A stretch of 63,363 nucleotides of DNA, filler included. It is 4 parts of 4 records of this genome, joined end to end, with 100 filler letters (N's around TTAATTAATTAA, not from the genome) between each part and the next. Parts side by side here need not be neighbours in the genome. Positions count along the whole stretch, not along the records: positions 10,584 to 34,047 come from DRR378314_400; 3 more parts are not named here. One strand, 5' to 3'. The notes beneath the pieces were generated by a model that saw only the letters and a program-made list of their open reading frames with translations, searched no databases and had not been told where the DNA came from. The translations under genes and the position numbers were made by a program. Of this stretch, positions 10,584 to 20,941 are shown in pieces (position 1 is the stretch's first letter; each line of letters opens with the position of its first letter).

Positions 10584-10742
10584 TTGTGTGCTATCCCATC
10601 GACTCTACCAGTGTTGTACTGGGCTTTTCAAGCAGATTAAGATCAAAAGTAATCTATTACTGTAAACCTAAATCCTTCGCCCATTAAATTCTCTGTGCTA
10701 ATATAAAAAATATCCATCTACAAAAAATATAGAGTACACAAC

Positions 10743-11045
10743 ATGTTGTACATGATTTACTCAACAGACGTTGAAAATAGTTTAGAAATGAGAAAAGCGG
10801 CAAGGCCAGCTCATTTAGCACGATTAGAAGCGCTAGATGAACAAGGTCGATTGTTCAGTGCAGGCCCTTTACCTGCAATTGATAGTGATGATCCTGCAGA
10901 TGCGGGCTTTACAGGCTCTCTGGTTGTAGCTGAATTTAGCTCTCTTGAAGCAGCTCGTGAATGGGCTGCAACTGATCCATATGTGACTGGCGGCGTATAT
11001 GATAACTCTGTAGTGAAACCTTTCAAAAAAGTGTTTCCTAAATAA
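10743..11045 (+). CDS. yciI: YciI family protein
   Basis: [20 protein letters not shown] motifs. Confidence 0.9.
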   Translation: MLYMIYSTDVENSLEMRKAARPAHLARLEALDEQGRLFSAGPLPAIDSDDPADAGFTGSLVVAEFSSLEAAREWAATDPYVTGGVYDNSVVKPFKKVFPK

Positions 11046-11052
11046 AGCATTC

Positions 11053-11237
11053 TAGGGTTTGTTGATTTCACAAGGTTGAATTCGCAGCAGCTTGTTTAGT
11101 ATTTATGCAAGATGCATTAGCTAGACGCGAAAGGTCTACTGGGCTGTTACTTAGCCCACTAGGTTATAAATTCCGCGGCGCGATTTAATTGCCCCTAGTT
11201 TGATCAAATTTTAATCCGTAAAGGTCACCAGGCCTCT
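11053..11237. mobile_element. Degenerate MITE-like intergenic element
   Basis: Imperfect terminal inverted repeats (TAGGGTTTGTTGAT... and ...GGTCACCAGGCCTCT) and internal hairpins such as TGGGCT-GTTACTT-AGCCCA; no ORF. Confidence 0.5.
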
Positions 11238-11377
11238 GCTATGGACGATAAGTTCAGTGTTGGTTCACTGATTATTAACTACTATGAGCTCAAATAATTA
11301 CACTATTTTATAGTTTTACTTGAGTTTTAGTTACTTGGTTCATTAAACTAATAGGGTCTGGTTTAGGAGTTCCCGTG

Positions 11378-11644
11378 ATGCGCACTGTATTTTTGGCTTT
11401 CAGTATAGTTTCTCTTTCATTGCTGTGTTTTGTTCATTCAAACTACAGTTATGCACAAGAGGCCATAAAAAAAGAGGCGATTACTAAAAAACAAGCTGTT
11501 GATATTGCAAAAAGCCTTGAAGATGGCAAGACCCTAAAAATCACTGACCAGAATGACATTTACACCGTAAGAATACTTAAAAATAATGGCCATGTTGTCG
11601 ATATACACGTTAATAAAAAAACTGGCGAAGTGAAAAAGGATTAA
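11378..11644 (+). CDS. Secreted PepSY-domain protein
   Basis: Signal peptide, ITKKQAVDIA...YTVRIL...VNKKTGEV; precedes a two-component system. Confidence 0.8.
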   Translation: MRTVFLAFSIVSLSLLCFVHSNYSYAQEAIKKEAITKKQAVDIAKSLEDGKTLKITDQNDIYTVRILKNNGHVVDIHVNKKTGEVKKD

Positions 11645-11648
11645 ATTG

Positions 11649-12323
11649 ATGAGAATTTTAGTAATAGAAGATGATTTACACTTAGCAGACAACTTACGTA
11701 ATGCCCTAGAAAAAGAACGTTATAGTGTTGATCTTTGCCATGATGGTGAAGCTGGTTTGTTTCATATCACAGAGTACCCTCTTGATATGGCTGTTGTTGA
11801 TTTAGGATTACCTAAAATCGATGGTATTGAGCTCATCAACAAAGCGCGAGCCCAAGGTGTGACCATCCCTATTTTAATCTTAACCGCGCGTGACCGCTGG
11901 CAAGATAAGGTAGAAGGTTTGGACGCTGGTGCTGATGATTATCTTACCAAACCTTTTCATGTTGAAGAATTAATAGCTCGCTGTAATGCGCTGATCCGCC
12001 GAAGCGCAGGTAAAGCAAATCCAGAGATGACTGCTGGCCCAATCAAAATTCACACACGTTCTCAACAAGTGTGGGTTGATGATAAAGAGCTAAGCCTTAC
12101 AGCATACGAATATAAAGTTCTTGAATATTTGATGGTTAACCCACAAAAGGTAATCTCTAAATCTGAGTTAACTGAGCATATTTATGATCAAGATTTTGAT
12201 TTAGATTCAAATGTTATCGAAGTATTTGTATTAAGACTTCGTAAGAAACTTGACCCAGATGGCACCCTTAATCCTGTAGAAACGCTACGAGGGCGTGGCT
12301 ATAGGCTTAAAAGTCAGTGGTAG
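11649..12323 (+). CDS. OmpR/PhoP family response regulator (PhoP/CarR-like)
   Basis: DLGLP receiver, LTARDRWQDKVEGLDAGADDY, winged-helix TLRGRGY. Confidence 0.92.
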   Translation: MRILVIEDDLHLADNLRNALEKERYSVDLCHDGEAGLFHITEYPLDMAVVDLGLPKIDGIELINKARAQGVTIPILILTARDRWQDKVEGLDAGADDYLTKPFHVEELIARCNALIRRSAGKANPEMTAGPIKIHTRSQQVWVDDKELSLTAYEYKVLEYLMVNPQKVISKSELTEHIYDQDFDLDSNVIEVFVLRLRKKLDPDGTLNPVETLRGRGYRLKSQW

Positions 12324-13654
12324 CATCACAAATCCCATTAAAGGTAAGGCAAGGATTTATCCTTGTCTTTGTTTTATTAGTTGCGTTACCAATTTTGTTT
12401 TTCTCAATCGGCAAGGCCTATTATGCTTCATTGGTTGAGGCAACAGAAAAAACACTTGAAGCGCACCTATACTCTCTTATTTCTGAAGTCGACTTTACCG
12501 AGCGCGGTATTGTTATGCCAAGCACCATTTTGGCACCTGAGCTTAACAGGCTAAACTCCGACACATACGCAATGATTTATCGTGATGACCAACCTGTATG
12601 GCACTCTGAATCAGCTGTTAATGTGAATATTGTCCCCCACTATATTGAAACCAAAGCTGGCGCCGCTGACTTTAGACGCGTTGAATACAAAAACACCATT
12701 TATTGGCAATTAAGTTTAACCGTTATCTTAAATAACATCGATCAATCTGAACATGCTCGCTTTATTCTGTTGAAGCGAAATGACGCACTGCTGCGCTTAA
12801 TGGATGGCTTTAAGCAAACCTTGGTTAATTGGATGTATGTCATGGGGGTGGCAATTGCAGGGTTAATGGCTATTGGTTTTGTTTGGAGCGCACGCCCATT
12901 ACAACGTTTGGACAAAGAAATTAAAGCCGTAGAATCTGGTGATATTCAACAAATAAAAGGCCTCTACCCTGTTGAATTGCAGACTATTAAATCCGATTTG
13001 AACTTACTACTTGAATCGCAGCAACGCCAAAAAGAACGCTACCGCGCCTCTTTAAGCGATTTAGCACACGCGCTCAAAACACCGTTAGCTGTTTTAAAAT
13101 CTAGCCCTTTGGCCAATGACGCAGATGCCCAAGAGCAGCTGGATCGTATAAATGTGATGATCGAGCACCAGTTAAAACGCGCTGCAACTGGGGCATCAGA
13201 CACATGGAAAAAACAAACAGCCATTAAGCCTGTTCTCGATTCAATCTTAAGTGCTATGAGCAAAGTATACCGTGAAAAAGACATTATTTTTAATAGTGCG
13301 GTATCAGACAAGGATTACTTTTTAGGTGATAAAACTGACTTACTCGAATTATTGGGTAATTTAATTGATAATGCCTGTAAAGCCTGTCGCTCCCAAGTTG
13401 ATATTCAAGTGATACAAAGCAAATCGTTAAGTATAATTATTAGCGATGACGGCCCAGGCGTACCAGAAAATAAAAGAGAATCGTTACTCACTAGAGGTAC
13501 GCGTTTAGATACATATGAAAGTGGTCATGGTGTGGGTATGGCTATCGTTTCAGACCTTGTAAAATCGTATCATGGTTTACTTACTATTTCTGACTCAGAG
13601 CTACTTGGTGGCGCGAAATTCACATTAGAGTTTAACTACAATGGCAAAAAATAA
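12317..13654 (+). CDS. Sensor histidine kinase (PhoQ/CarS-like)
   Basis: Two TM segments, DLAHALKTP H-box, GNLIDNA, DDGPG, GHGVG. Confidence 0.92.
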   Translation: MVASQIPLKVRQGFILVFVLLVALPILFFSIGKAYYASLVEATEKTLEAHLYSLISEVDFTERGIVMPSTILAPELNRLNSDTYAMIYRDDQPVWHSESAVNVNIVPHYIETKAGAADFRRVEYKNTIYWQLSLTVILNNIDQSEHARFILLKRNDALLRLMDGFKQTLVNWMYVMGVAIAGLMAIGFVWSARPLQRLDKEIKAVESGDIQQIKGLYPVELQTIKSDLNLLLESQQRQKERYRASLSDLAHALKTPLAVLKSSPLANDADAQEQLDRINVMIEHQLKRAATGASDTWKKQTAIKPVLDSILSAMSKVYREKDIIFNSAVSDKDYFLGDKTDLLELLGNLIDNACKACRSQVDIQVIQSKSLSIIISDDGPGVPENKRESLLTRGTRLDTYESGHGVGMAIVSDLVKSYHGLLTISDSELLGGAKFTLEFNYNGKK

Positions 13655-14051
13655 ACGCTTGAACATTTATGTAACTACGCTAAGTATTCTTTTAAGTACA
13701 TCTGCAATAGCAAATGAATGCACACTCGTTGAAAGACCTACACCGAGTGACTCTAAAAAGTATATACAATGCTTAGATAAAGAAATTGCGCTATTACAAC
13801 GCAACCAACAAATATGGTTAAACAAATTAAGGTTAGACTTAAGTAAAGTACAAGAAGACACGGGAAATACGCAATTATTACCCATTTTTAATCGGAGCGT
13901 AAAAAGCCAAAACCGCTTTTTAGAAGACAGCTGCCGCTGGCGCTACCTTCATAAAATGCCCAATGCAACCAACGCTGCCATTGTCTATAAACTGTGTGAA
14001 ATCCGTATACTTGATCAATATATTGACGTTCTAAAACAGCCTTTAAAATAA
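13641..14051 (+). CDS. Secreted Cys-containing helical protein (LprI/DUF1311-like)
   Basis: Signal peptide, four Cys, SQNRF...SC...LC pattern. Confidence 0.55.
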   Translation: MAKNKRLNIYVTTLSILLSTSAIANECTLVERPTPSDSKKYIQCLDKEIALLQRNQQIWLNKLRLDLSKVQEDTGNTQLLPIFNRSVKSQNRFLEDSCRWRYLHKMPNATNAAIVYKLCEIRILDQYIDVLKQPLK

Positions 14052-14146
14052 AAAAAGCCATGTTATTAAAAACATGGCTGTCAAAAGTTTTGCTAAAATA
14101 TATACCCAAACAACGCTCGCATCTTGAGCTGGCTTGGCTATAGGAG

Positions 14147-15184
14147 TTAACTTTGCTCTTCTAGCTTTTCGCCATTACCTAATAAAGTAGCTAACCAACG
14201 ACCTTCTTCACTCGTCTCAAGAGCAATTTTAACTATCATTGTCAGTGGAACTGACAGCAACATACCGACAGTGCCTAGTAACCATCCCCAAAATATTAAC
14301 GACAAGAATACAACCAATGTCGATAAGCCTAAGCCCTTACCCATGTATCTAGGCTCAACAATGTTACCCATCACTGTATTTATCGTTAGATACCCAGCAC
14401 CAACCAAAGCCGCAACAAGGGGGCCTTGGGTAATTAGAGCGAGTAACACCGCTGGCAAAGCTGCGATGATTGAGCCAATATTTGGGATATAATTAAACAT
14501 AAATGCCATTACTCCCCAGAGCACAAAGTAATCAACATTCAGAACCCAAAGTAATACAGATGCGAGAACACCTGTTCCCAAACTCACGAGTGTTTTGATT
14601 GCTAAATAAGAGTTAATTGAATTAAGGAAACGGTCTATCTGCTTAATTTTCATATCAGGGTCATCTAACGCAGAATGTATTTTTTGACCGAGCAATGGCG
14701 CTTCAAACAACATAAATACAACCGTTAGAATAATTAAGAACAAATTAGCCATAACACCACCAAGGCCGGCTAGCATGTTAGTAGCAACATCAATCATCTT
14801 GCCTGGATCAAACATTGAGATTAATTGCTCTTTATTTATCAATATATTGTATCGACCGGCCAAGTCTACCAACCAAACAAACTCCGTTTGCAACTTCGAT
14901 TTATACTCTGGTAAATCCTTTGAAAAATCAGTTAGAGACTGTCCTACTAAACCAGCTAGGCTCATTCCAATACCGACTACCATCAGCATTATAAGCATGA
15001 TAGCAATCCCTTTAGGGATCTTATAACGAGCAAAGAAACACAATAATGGATTACAAATAATTGCAATAAAAACAGCTAAAACAAATGGGATCACAATAAC
15101 ACTTGCAGCTTTAATACCTGCTAATCCGATTACCAAAGCAGCAAATACCACTAAGCTTTTATTAGCGCCTGTTAGTCCAGTCAA
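14147..15184 (-). CDS. AI-2E family transporter
   Basis: Multi-TM; FNYIPNIGS and FWGWLLGTVGMLLSVPLT; likely TTG start at 15184 with AAGGA SD. Confidence 0.9.
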   Translation of the reverse strand: MTGLTGANKSLVVFAALVIGLAGIKAASVIVIPFVLAVFIAIICNPLLCFFARYKIPKGIAIMLIMLMVVGIGMSLAGLVGQSLTDFSKDLPEYKSKLQTEFVWLVDLAGRYNILINKEQLISMFDPGKMIDVATNMLAGLGGVMANLFLIILTVVFMLFEAPLLGQKIHSALDDPDMKIKQIDRFLNSINSYLAIKTLVSLGTGVLASVLLWVLNVDYFVLWGVMAFMFNYIPNIGSIIAALPAVLLALITQGPLVAALVGAGYLTINTVMGNIVEPRYMGKGLGLSTLVVFLSLIFWGWLLGTVGMLLSVPLTMIVKIALETSEEGRWLATLLGNGEKLEEQS

Positions 15185-15314
15185 GTGACAATCCTTTAAA
15201 ATGGGAGTTATCTCTAGTGTATTTGAAAAGTTAAGTAAATGAAATATTTGCAAAGTGATCAATAGGCGCTTTACTTCGTATTAAGTACAAATAACCAAAT
15301 GTTGAGACGTATTG

Positions 15315-16211
15315 ATGAAAATATTGATAACAGGGGCTACCGGATTAATTGGCACACAACTATGCGCACAATTAGTCAAAACTCATTCTCTCACTGTCTT
15401 AACGCGAGACAGTGATAAAGCAAAACAAAAACTTGGCGGACAAATAGATTTTATAAATGCACTTTGCGATATCGATTTTAACACGCTTGACTGTGTGATT
15501 AACCTTGCGGGCGAGCCTATTGTTAACAAGCGCTGGAGCGATAAACAAAAAGAAATCATCAGGAACAGCCGTATTGAATTGACCCAAGAGATAGCAGCGG
15601 CGATTAAATCAAGTTCTAATCCACCCCACACCTTTATCTCTGGAAGCGCTATTGGTTATTACGGCCGCCAGGAAACTCAACATATTGATGAGCAGTTCAC
15701 CAAAGTACATCAAGAGTTTAGTCACACACTATGCAACGATTGGGAAAGCGCTGCACGTAATGCTGAGACAGACTCAACTCGGGTTTGTTTAATACGAACG
15801 GGTATCGTGTTGTCTACAAATGGTGGCGCGCTGCAAAAGATGCTGCCTCCTTTTAAACTTGGTTTAGGTGGTCCAGTAGCAAGTGGTGAACAAGGGATGT
15901 CGTGGATACACATTAATGATATGGTATCGCTTATTGAATTTGTTATGAATAATCAGCACTTAACCGGTGCTATAAATGCAACAGCCCCTACACCTCAGAG
16001 TAATCGTGCTTTTAGTAAAACACTGGCGAAAGTATTACACCGGCCTGCAATTTTTCCAATGCCAGCATGGGTCCTTAATTTAGCGATGGGTGAAATGGCT
16101 GACTTACTTATTTTTGGTCAATACGTTATACCTAGTAAGCTATTGGATGCAGGTTTTGAGTTTCAATACCCAGATTTACACCCTGCATTAGAATCATTAC
16201 TGGATAACTAA
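15315..16211 (+). CDS. TIGR01777/YfcH family epimerase-like oxidoreductase
   Basis: TGATGLIG, NLAGEPI..KRW, SGSAIGYYG, MSWIH. Confidence 0.92.
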   Translation: MKILITGATGLIGTQLCAQLVKTHSLTVLTRDSDKAKQKLGGQIDFINALCDIDFNTLDCVINLAGEPIVNKRWSDKQKEIIRNSRIELTQEIAAAIKSSSNPPHTFISGSAIGYYGRQETQHIDEQFTKVHQEFSHTLCNDWESAARNAETDSTRVCLIRTGIVLSTNGGALQKMLPPFKLGLGGPVASGEQGMSWIHINDMVSLIEFVMNNQHLTGAINATAPTPQSNRAFSKTLAKVLHRPAIFPMPAWVLNLAMGEMADLLIFGQYVIPSKLLDAGFEFQYPDLHPALESLLDN

Positions 16212-16437
16212 GCCTAATAAATTTAATGTGTTATGGGTCTTTATGGTGAATGTGCCGCGCTTTCACCATATAACTATCAATAGTCTCTGTGTTTAAAAAA
16301 CAATAACTTACTCTTACCCTAATAAAAGCAAGACTATATTAGTATTTTACATTAATCATTTGGTATTAACTTGCTATAACAAAGCTAATCCATAATACTT
16401 ACATTACGTACTAAACATAACCATAGAGCAGCTTAAA

Positions 16438-17628
16438 ATGCTTCACTTACCTACAGTAGTTGGCATATCTTTATTTTTAAACATTCTTATAAGCTGCTTT
16501 TTCTTGTCTGTGTACCTATGCAAAAAACAAACGTGTTATATGTATTTTGCACTCGCGTGTGGTGCCTTTGCCACAGCAGAAGTACTTGCCTGTTTAAGAG
16601 TGATCATTGAAAACCCATTTGTCACACATTACCTCGCTGACTTATTTATTATAGCCAGCCCATTATTTGCTATTGCTGGTTTAAAACAAGTAACCTCAAT
16701 GCAAAGTAATTCGTATGCCTCCTTCAAAATTATACTCGGTGGCAGTGCACTCGTATTGATGCCAATTTATGATGTCACTGCAGGACAATTACTAACAAGT
16801 TTTATCATTGCATGCTTATTCTTAGTTGCTGCTAATACAGTATATAAAATGCACACTAATGCAACAGCGCAAAAAAATATGCTCCTTGTATTTTTTGTGC
16901 TGCACAGTGTCATCATGTTCATTCAGGTAGTATTGCTGGGCATGCAACTAATGACCACAATAGCCCTAAACTTTACCCAACCATTACAAGTAATTTTAAT
17001 TAACCACTTATTCTTAGCCACCGCAACTGCGTTAGTCATGCCGTTTGTGCTGTTTGCTGATATAGAAGCTAAGTTACAACGTTTAGTAAATCGAGATACG
17101 TTAACAGGATTACTAAATCGTAGAGGTTTTTTATTAGATGGAGAGAAAATAAGTCGGCATGTTAAAACGCATGATCAAAATTTAGCGGTTGTAATGATAG
17201 ATATTGACCACTTCAAAAGTGTTAACGACCAATTTGGTCATAGCACAGGTGATATGGCAATCAAATGGATAGCGCAACATATCCTCAGCCAATTAAATGA
17301 CTATGATATTGCTGCCAGGATCGGCGGAGAAGAGTTTGCGTTAGTACTACCAGAGCAATCCTTGTCTCAAGCATCTTATACGGCACAAAAGCTGTGCGAC
17401 GTTATCCGCGAACACACCTTAAAATATAAAGGCAACACAATTAATTTATCGGTAAGCATTGGTGTAGCGTGTAAAGATCCTAACACCCAATCAATCAAAG
17501 GGTTACTCGATCTGGCTGATAAACGATTGTACATTGCAAAATCTCAGGGTAGGAATCAAGTTGTCGCAACGGATGAACATGCAAGACAAAAAAAACAGAA
17601 TCTAGTATTTAACAACCAAGTAAACTAA
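16438..17628 (+). CDS. Membrane-bound diguanylate cyclase
   Basis: Multi-TM N-terminus, DTLTGLLNRR, DIDHFK..ND..GH, GGEEF. Confidence 0.92.
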   Translation: MLHLPTVVGISLFLNILISCFFLSVYLCKKQTCYMYFALACGAFATAEVLACLRVIIENPFVTHYLADLFIIASPLFAIAGLKQVTSMQSNSYASFKIILGGSALVLMPIYDVTAGQLLTSFIIACLFLVAANTVYKMHTNATAQKNMLLVFFVLHSVIMFIQVVLLGMQLMTTIALNFTQPLQVILINHLFLATATALVMPFVLFADIEAKLQRLVNRDTLTGLLNRRGFLLDGEKISRHVKTHDQNLAVVMIDIDHFKSVNDQFGHSTGDMAIKWIAQHILSQLNDYDIAARIGGEEFALVLPEQSLSQASYTAQKLCDVIREHTLKYKGNTINLSVSIGVACKDPNTQSIKGLLDLADKRLYIAKSQGRNQVVATDEHARQKKQNLVFNNQVN

Positions 17629-17794
17629 AACTCACTGCCCAAGCTTCCCAAGCTCAGTACAATTAGCCAATACAAGTGTTCTATTAAGTAAACACACATT
17701 TAGATCGGGCAATTAAACTTTGCTCATTTATGATCTCTCATAAAGCAAAAAACCACGTACAAGACGTGGTTTTCAACTATTTACTTTAAAATTA

Positions 17795-18202
17795 TTACAA
17801 AGATAAATTCTCTTTAGCGCGATTTAGGTTATGCGATACCAATTTGCTATTAGAGATTTGTGCAGCTTCATATAAATCAGATAAACCAGCAGTGTCGTTT
17901 TTAGCCATAATGCGTGACACGCCACGGTTGCTTAATGCAAAAGAAGTTAACTGACGTACTTTAAATTTTGGACCGTCGCTTTCTTTCAATAGTGCAATGG
18001 CTTGTGTACAAATAGCCTCTGCTTGCGCGTAATTTTTTAACTTAACATTTGATACGCAGCTATTAAATGACGCTTCGAGTGGCTGTGAAGCGGTTGCTTG
18101 CTCAATAACCATTAATTTATAGTCACTACCACCAGCCATAGCAGCTGCTGAACAAGTTAAAAGTGAGCCAAGTGCGATAGATTTGATAAGTGAAAATTTC
18201 AT
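17795..18202 (-). CDS. Small secreted TPR-like protein
   Basis: Signal peptide ending AMA; helical A..C..AI...ALSNRGV pattern. Confidence 0.65.
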   Translation of the reverse strand: MKFSLIKSIALGSLLTCSAAAMAGGSDYKLMVIEQATASQPLEASFNSCVSNVKLKNYAQAEAICTQAIALLKESDGPKFKVRQLTSFALSNRGVSRIMAKNDTAGLSDLYEAAQISNSKLVSHNLNRAKENLSL

Positions 18203-18705
18203 GATTACATTCCTATTAAGTTACGTCGTCTTTGTTGCCGACAACTGAACTTTAAGCTGTTAATGCAATTGCGACAAACGATAAAAACAAACCTAATAGA
18301 TGAAGAAAATTAACTTATAGACTTTAGTCTAACCCAAAGAGGTGATCTCAGAGCAGCCTATGCTAAAAATACGCGTTTAAATGGTTAACTAATCATAGAA
18401 GTTAAAGTCTTCAAGCTATAAAATTTCTGTTTATGAAGGATTTATTTTAAGGCAGATATTTTTATATAAATGCTAGAATTTAACTATCAAACACTACTTA
18501 CTTTGAAAACAATCCAGAAAAATAGCTTTTCACTTAGTTGATCTTATCGCTGTTTTTTAAATATCTACTGTAAAAGTAAGAAAAAGCAAAGTTGTGGTAA
18601 AGCCACTATAAACTGCCCTACCCATATGCCATAATCTAAGTAATTAATAAATTTAGTAACTTGGCGGTATTACAACCGTTGCAAGCTAACTTAAAGGGTT
18701 TTTAA

Positions 18706-20151
18706 ATGGTTTATCAAGAGCAAAATCAAGCAACTATTTATTGGCACGATTACGAGACGTGGGGGGCGAGCCCACAAAAGGATAAGCCGAGCCAGTTTGC
18801 GGGTATTCGTACCGATCTTGATTTAAATATTATTGGTGAGCCGCTGATTGAATATTGCAAGCCGGTGGCTGATTACTTGCCCCACCCTGAGGCCTGTTTG
18901 ATCACCGGAATTACTCCGCAAGTGGCGATGCAAAAAGGGTTAGTTGAGGCAGACTTTATTGCCAAAATTCATGCTGAATTTAGTGTGCCAAATACCTGTG
19001 TTGCGGGATACAACAGTATCCGCTTTGATGACGAAGTAAGCCGTTATAGCTTTTATCGTAACTTTTATGACCCGTACGAACGTGAATACAAAAATAATAA
19101 CAGCCGCTGGGATATTATCGATTTAGTGCGCGCCTGTTATGCACTGCGCCCTGAAGGCATAGAGTGGCCGCTCAAAGAAGATGGTAGTCCAAGCTTTAAG
19201 CTAGAGCATTTGACTGTTGCCAATGGCATTGAGCACGCCGCTGCGCACGATGCACTATCTGATGTAACTGCAACTATTGCCCTTGCTAAACTAATCAAAG
19301 AAAAACAGCCTAAGCTATACCAATTCTTTTTTAGTTTACGCGGTAAAAAAGCCTTAGCAGAACTTGTTGATGTGTTTAACATGACGCCGCTGGTACACAC
19401 TTCATCACGCATTCCTGCAACGCAAGGTTGCACTAGTTGGATTGCGCCGATGAGCTTTCACCCAACAAATAAAAATGCAGTGGTGTGTTTTAACCTAACT
19501 GAAGACCCACAAGTATTACTGGATTTATCGGTAGAAGAACTTCGCACTCGTCTTTATACCAGACGCAGCGAACTTGGTGAAGATGAATTGCCGGTGGGTT
19601 TAAAACTGGTGCATTTAAACAAGTGCCCTATTTTAGCGCCTGCTAAAACATTATTACCTGAAAACGCCACGCGTTTAGGCATTGACCGTGAGCAATGCTT
19701 AAAGAACTTAGCAATATTAAAAGCTAATCCAAACCTTCGCGATAAAGTCACTGAAGTATTTAACGACAATCCCGACTATGGCAAAACCACTAATACCGAT
19801 TACATGCTCTATGATGGTTTTACCAGCAACGCAGATAAAGCCAAGTTTGCCATCATTCGTGATGCCAGCCCTGAGCAATTAGCGGGAATGCAGCTTGATT
19901 TTGAAGATAAAAAGTTCGATAACTTATTGTTTAAGTATCGCGCTCGTAACTGGCCGCAATCACTTAGCCAAGATGAATTGGATCAATGGCGACAGTACTG
20001 CCAAAACAAATTAATGCATGGTGAAGATCAGCCCTCGATCAGCGCACAAGATTTTATGATCACCCTTGAGAACCTGGCTCATGAACACGATGATAACGAA
20101 AAGAATTTAACGATTTTAAAAGCGCTGTATAACTACGCGCAAAGTATGTAG
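18706..20151 (+). CDS. sbcB: Exodeoxyribonuclease I
   Basis: WHDYETWG, GYNSIRFDDE, AHDALSDV DEDDh motifs, YRARNWP. Confidence 0.97.
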   Translation: MVYQEQNQATIYWHDYETWGASPQKDKPSQFAGIRTDLDLNIIGEPLIEYCKPVADYLPHPEACLITGITPQVAMQKGLVEADFIAKIHAEFSVPNTCVAGYNSIRFDDEVSRYSFYRNFYDPYEREYKNNNSRWDIIDLVRACYALRPEGIEWPLKEDGSPSFKLEHLTVANGIEHAAAHDALSDVTATIALAKLIKEKQPKLYQFFFSLRGKKALAELVDVFNMTPLVHTSSRIPATQGCTSWIAPMSFHPTNKNAVVCFNLTEDPQVLLDLSVEELRTRLYTRRSELGEDELPVGLKLVHLNKCPILAPAKTLLPENATRLGIDREQCLKNLAILKANPNLRDKVTEVFNDNPDYGKTTNTDYMLYDGFTSNADKAKFAIIRDASPEQLAGMQLDFEDKKFDNLLFKYRARNWPQSLSQDELDQWRQYCQNKLMHGEDQPSISAQDFMITLENLAHEHDDNEKNLTILKALYNYAQSM

Positions 20152-20207
20152 TTTACCTATTACTTATAAACAAACAGCGCTAGTTTGCAAAACTAGTGAC
20201 GAGATTT

Positions 20208-20233
20208 AAGGCCGCGATTAGTCGCGGCTTTTT
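20208..20233. terminator. Intrinsic terminator between sbcB and the convergent operon
   Basis: AAGGCCGCGA-TTAG-TCGCGGCTTTTT. Confidence 0.75.
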
Positions 20234-20236
20234 AAT

Positions 20237-20941
20237 TTAAAATTCAAACTCTAGGGCAAGACGAAAACTGTGATCTTTTCCTTGTTGGCTAAGCTCGGTG
20301 ACAAACCCTGCTTCCCACTTGAGTTGTCGCTTTGGAGAAAATCGATGCAGGCCAATAAAACCGGGTCCAATACCCAAGAAGTCTTCTCCGGCGTATAGCT
20401 CTAAAGCAGGCTGAAACTCAGCGCGAAAACGATAGCGATACTGTGCGCGAAACTCAGTTTCCCATTCGTTTTTAATATCACCGCCCCATTCATACACTAA
20501 AAATGCATTCATGGTGAGGCTAGTACGACCAAACTCCTTTTCCCATAAAAAGCCCGTTGTGGCTTCATAACTGTCTTTGCCTTCTTGCATTTCAAGTTCG
20601 AATAAAGCGCCCCAGTCAGCCCAAAAGCGACCTTGTTCAACCAACTGCCAACGCAGTTCTAATTCGTAAGCTGAAAAGCCAAAGTTGCCTTTGTCATCGC
20701 GCTCTCCAACCGCATAACCTTCCAAACTCATGGTATCGTTAAACGAGCCACCTAAGCCAATTCGTTGGGCTAAAATATTGCCCTTATCGGTTTGATGAGA
20801 GATCAAACGCCATTCAAATTCGCGTTCAAATGGTAAAACATAAGGGTGGTAAACTTTATCTACAACTATGCCATCGGCTCGCACATTAGACGATGTTATA
20901 AATAAAACTGAAGCTAAGCAGCACGCGAGAATAAACCTCAT
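20237..20941 (-). CDS. Putative outer-membrane beta-barrel protein
   Basis: Signal peptide from MRFILACC (ATGA overlap with the upstream stop), alternating beta strands, C-terminal LALEFEF. Confidence 0.7.
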   Translation of the reverse strand: MRFILACCLASVLFITSSNVRADGIVVDKVYHPYVLPFEREFEWRLISHQTDKGNILAQRIGLGGSFNDTMSLEGYAVGERDDKGNFGFSAYELELRWQLVEQGRFWADWGALFELEMQEGKDSYEATTGFLWEKEFGRTSLTMNAFLVYEWGGDIKNEWETEFRAQYRYRFRAEFQPALELYAGEDFLGIGPGFIGLHRFSPKRQLKWEAGFVTELSQQGKDHSFRLALEFEF

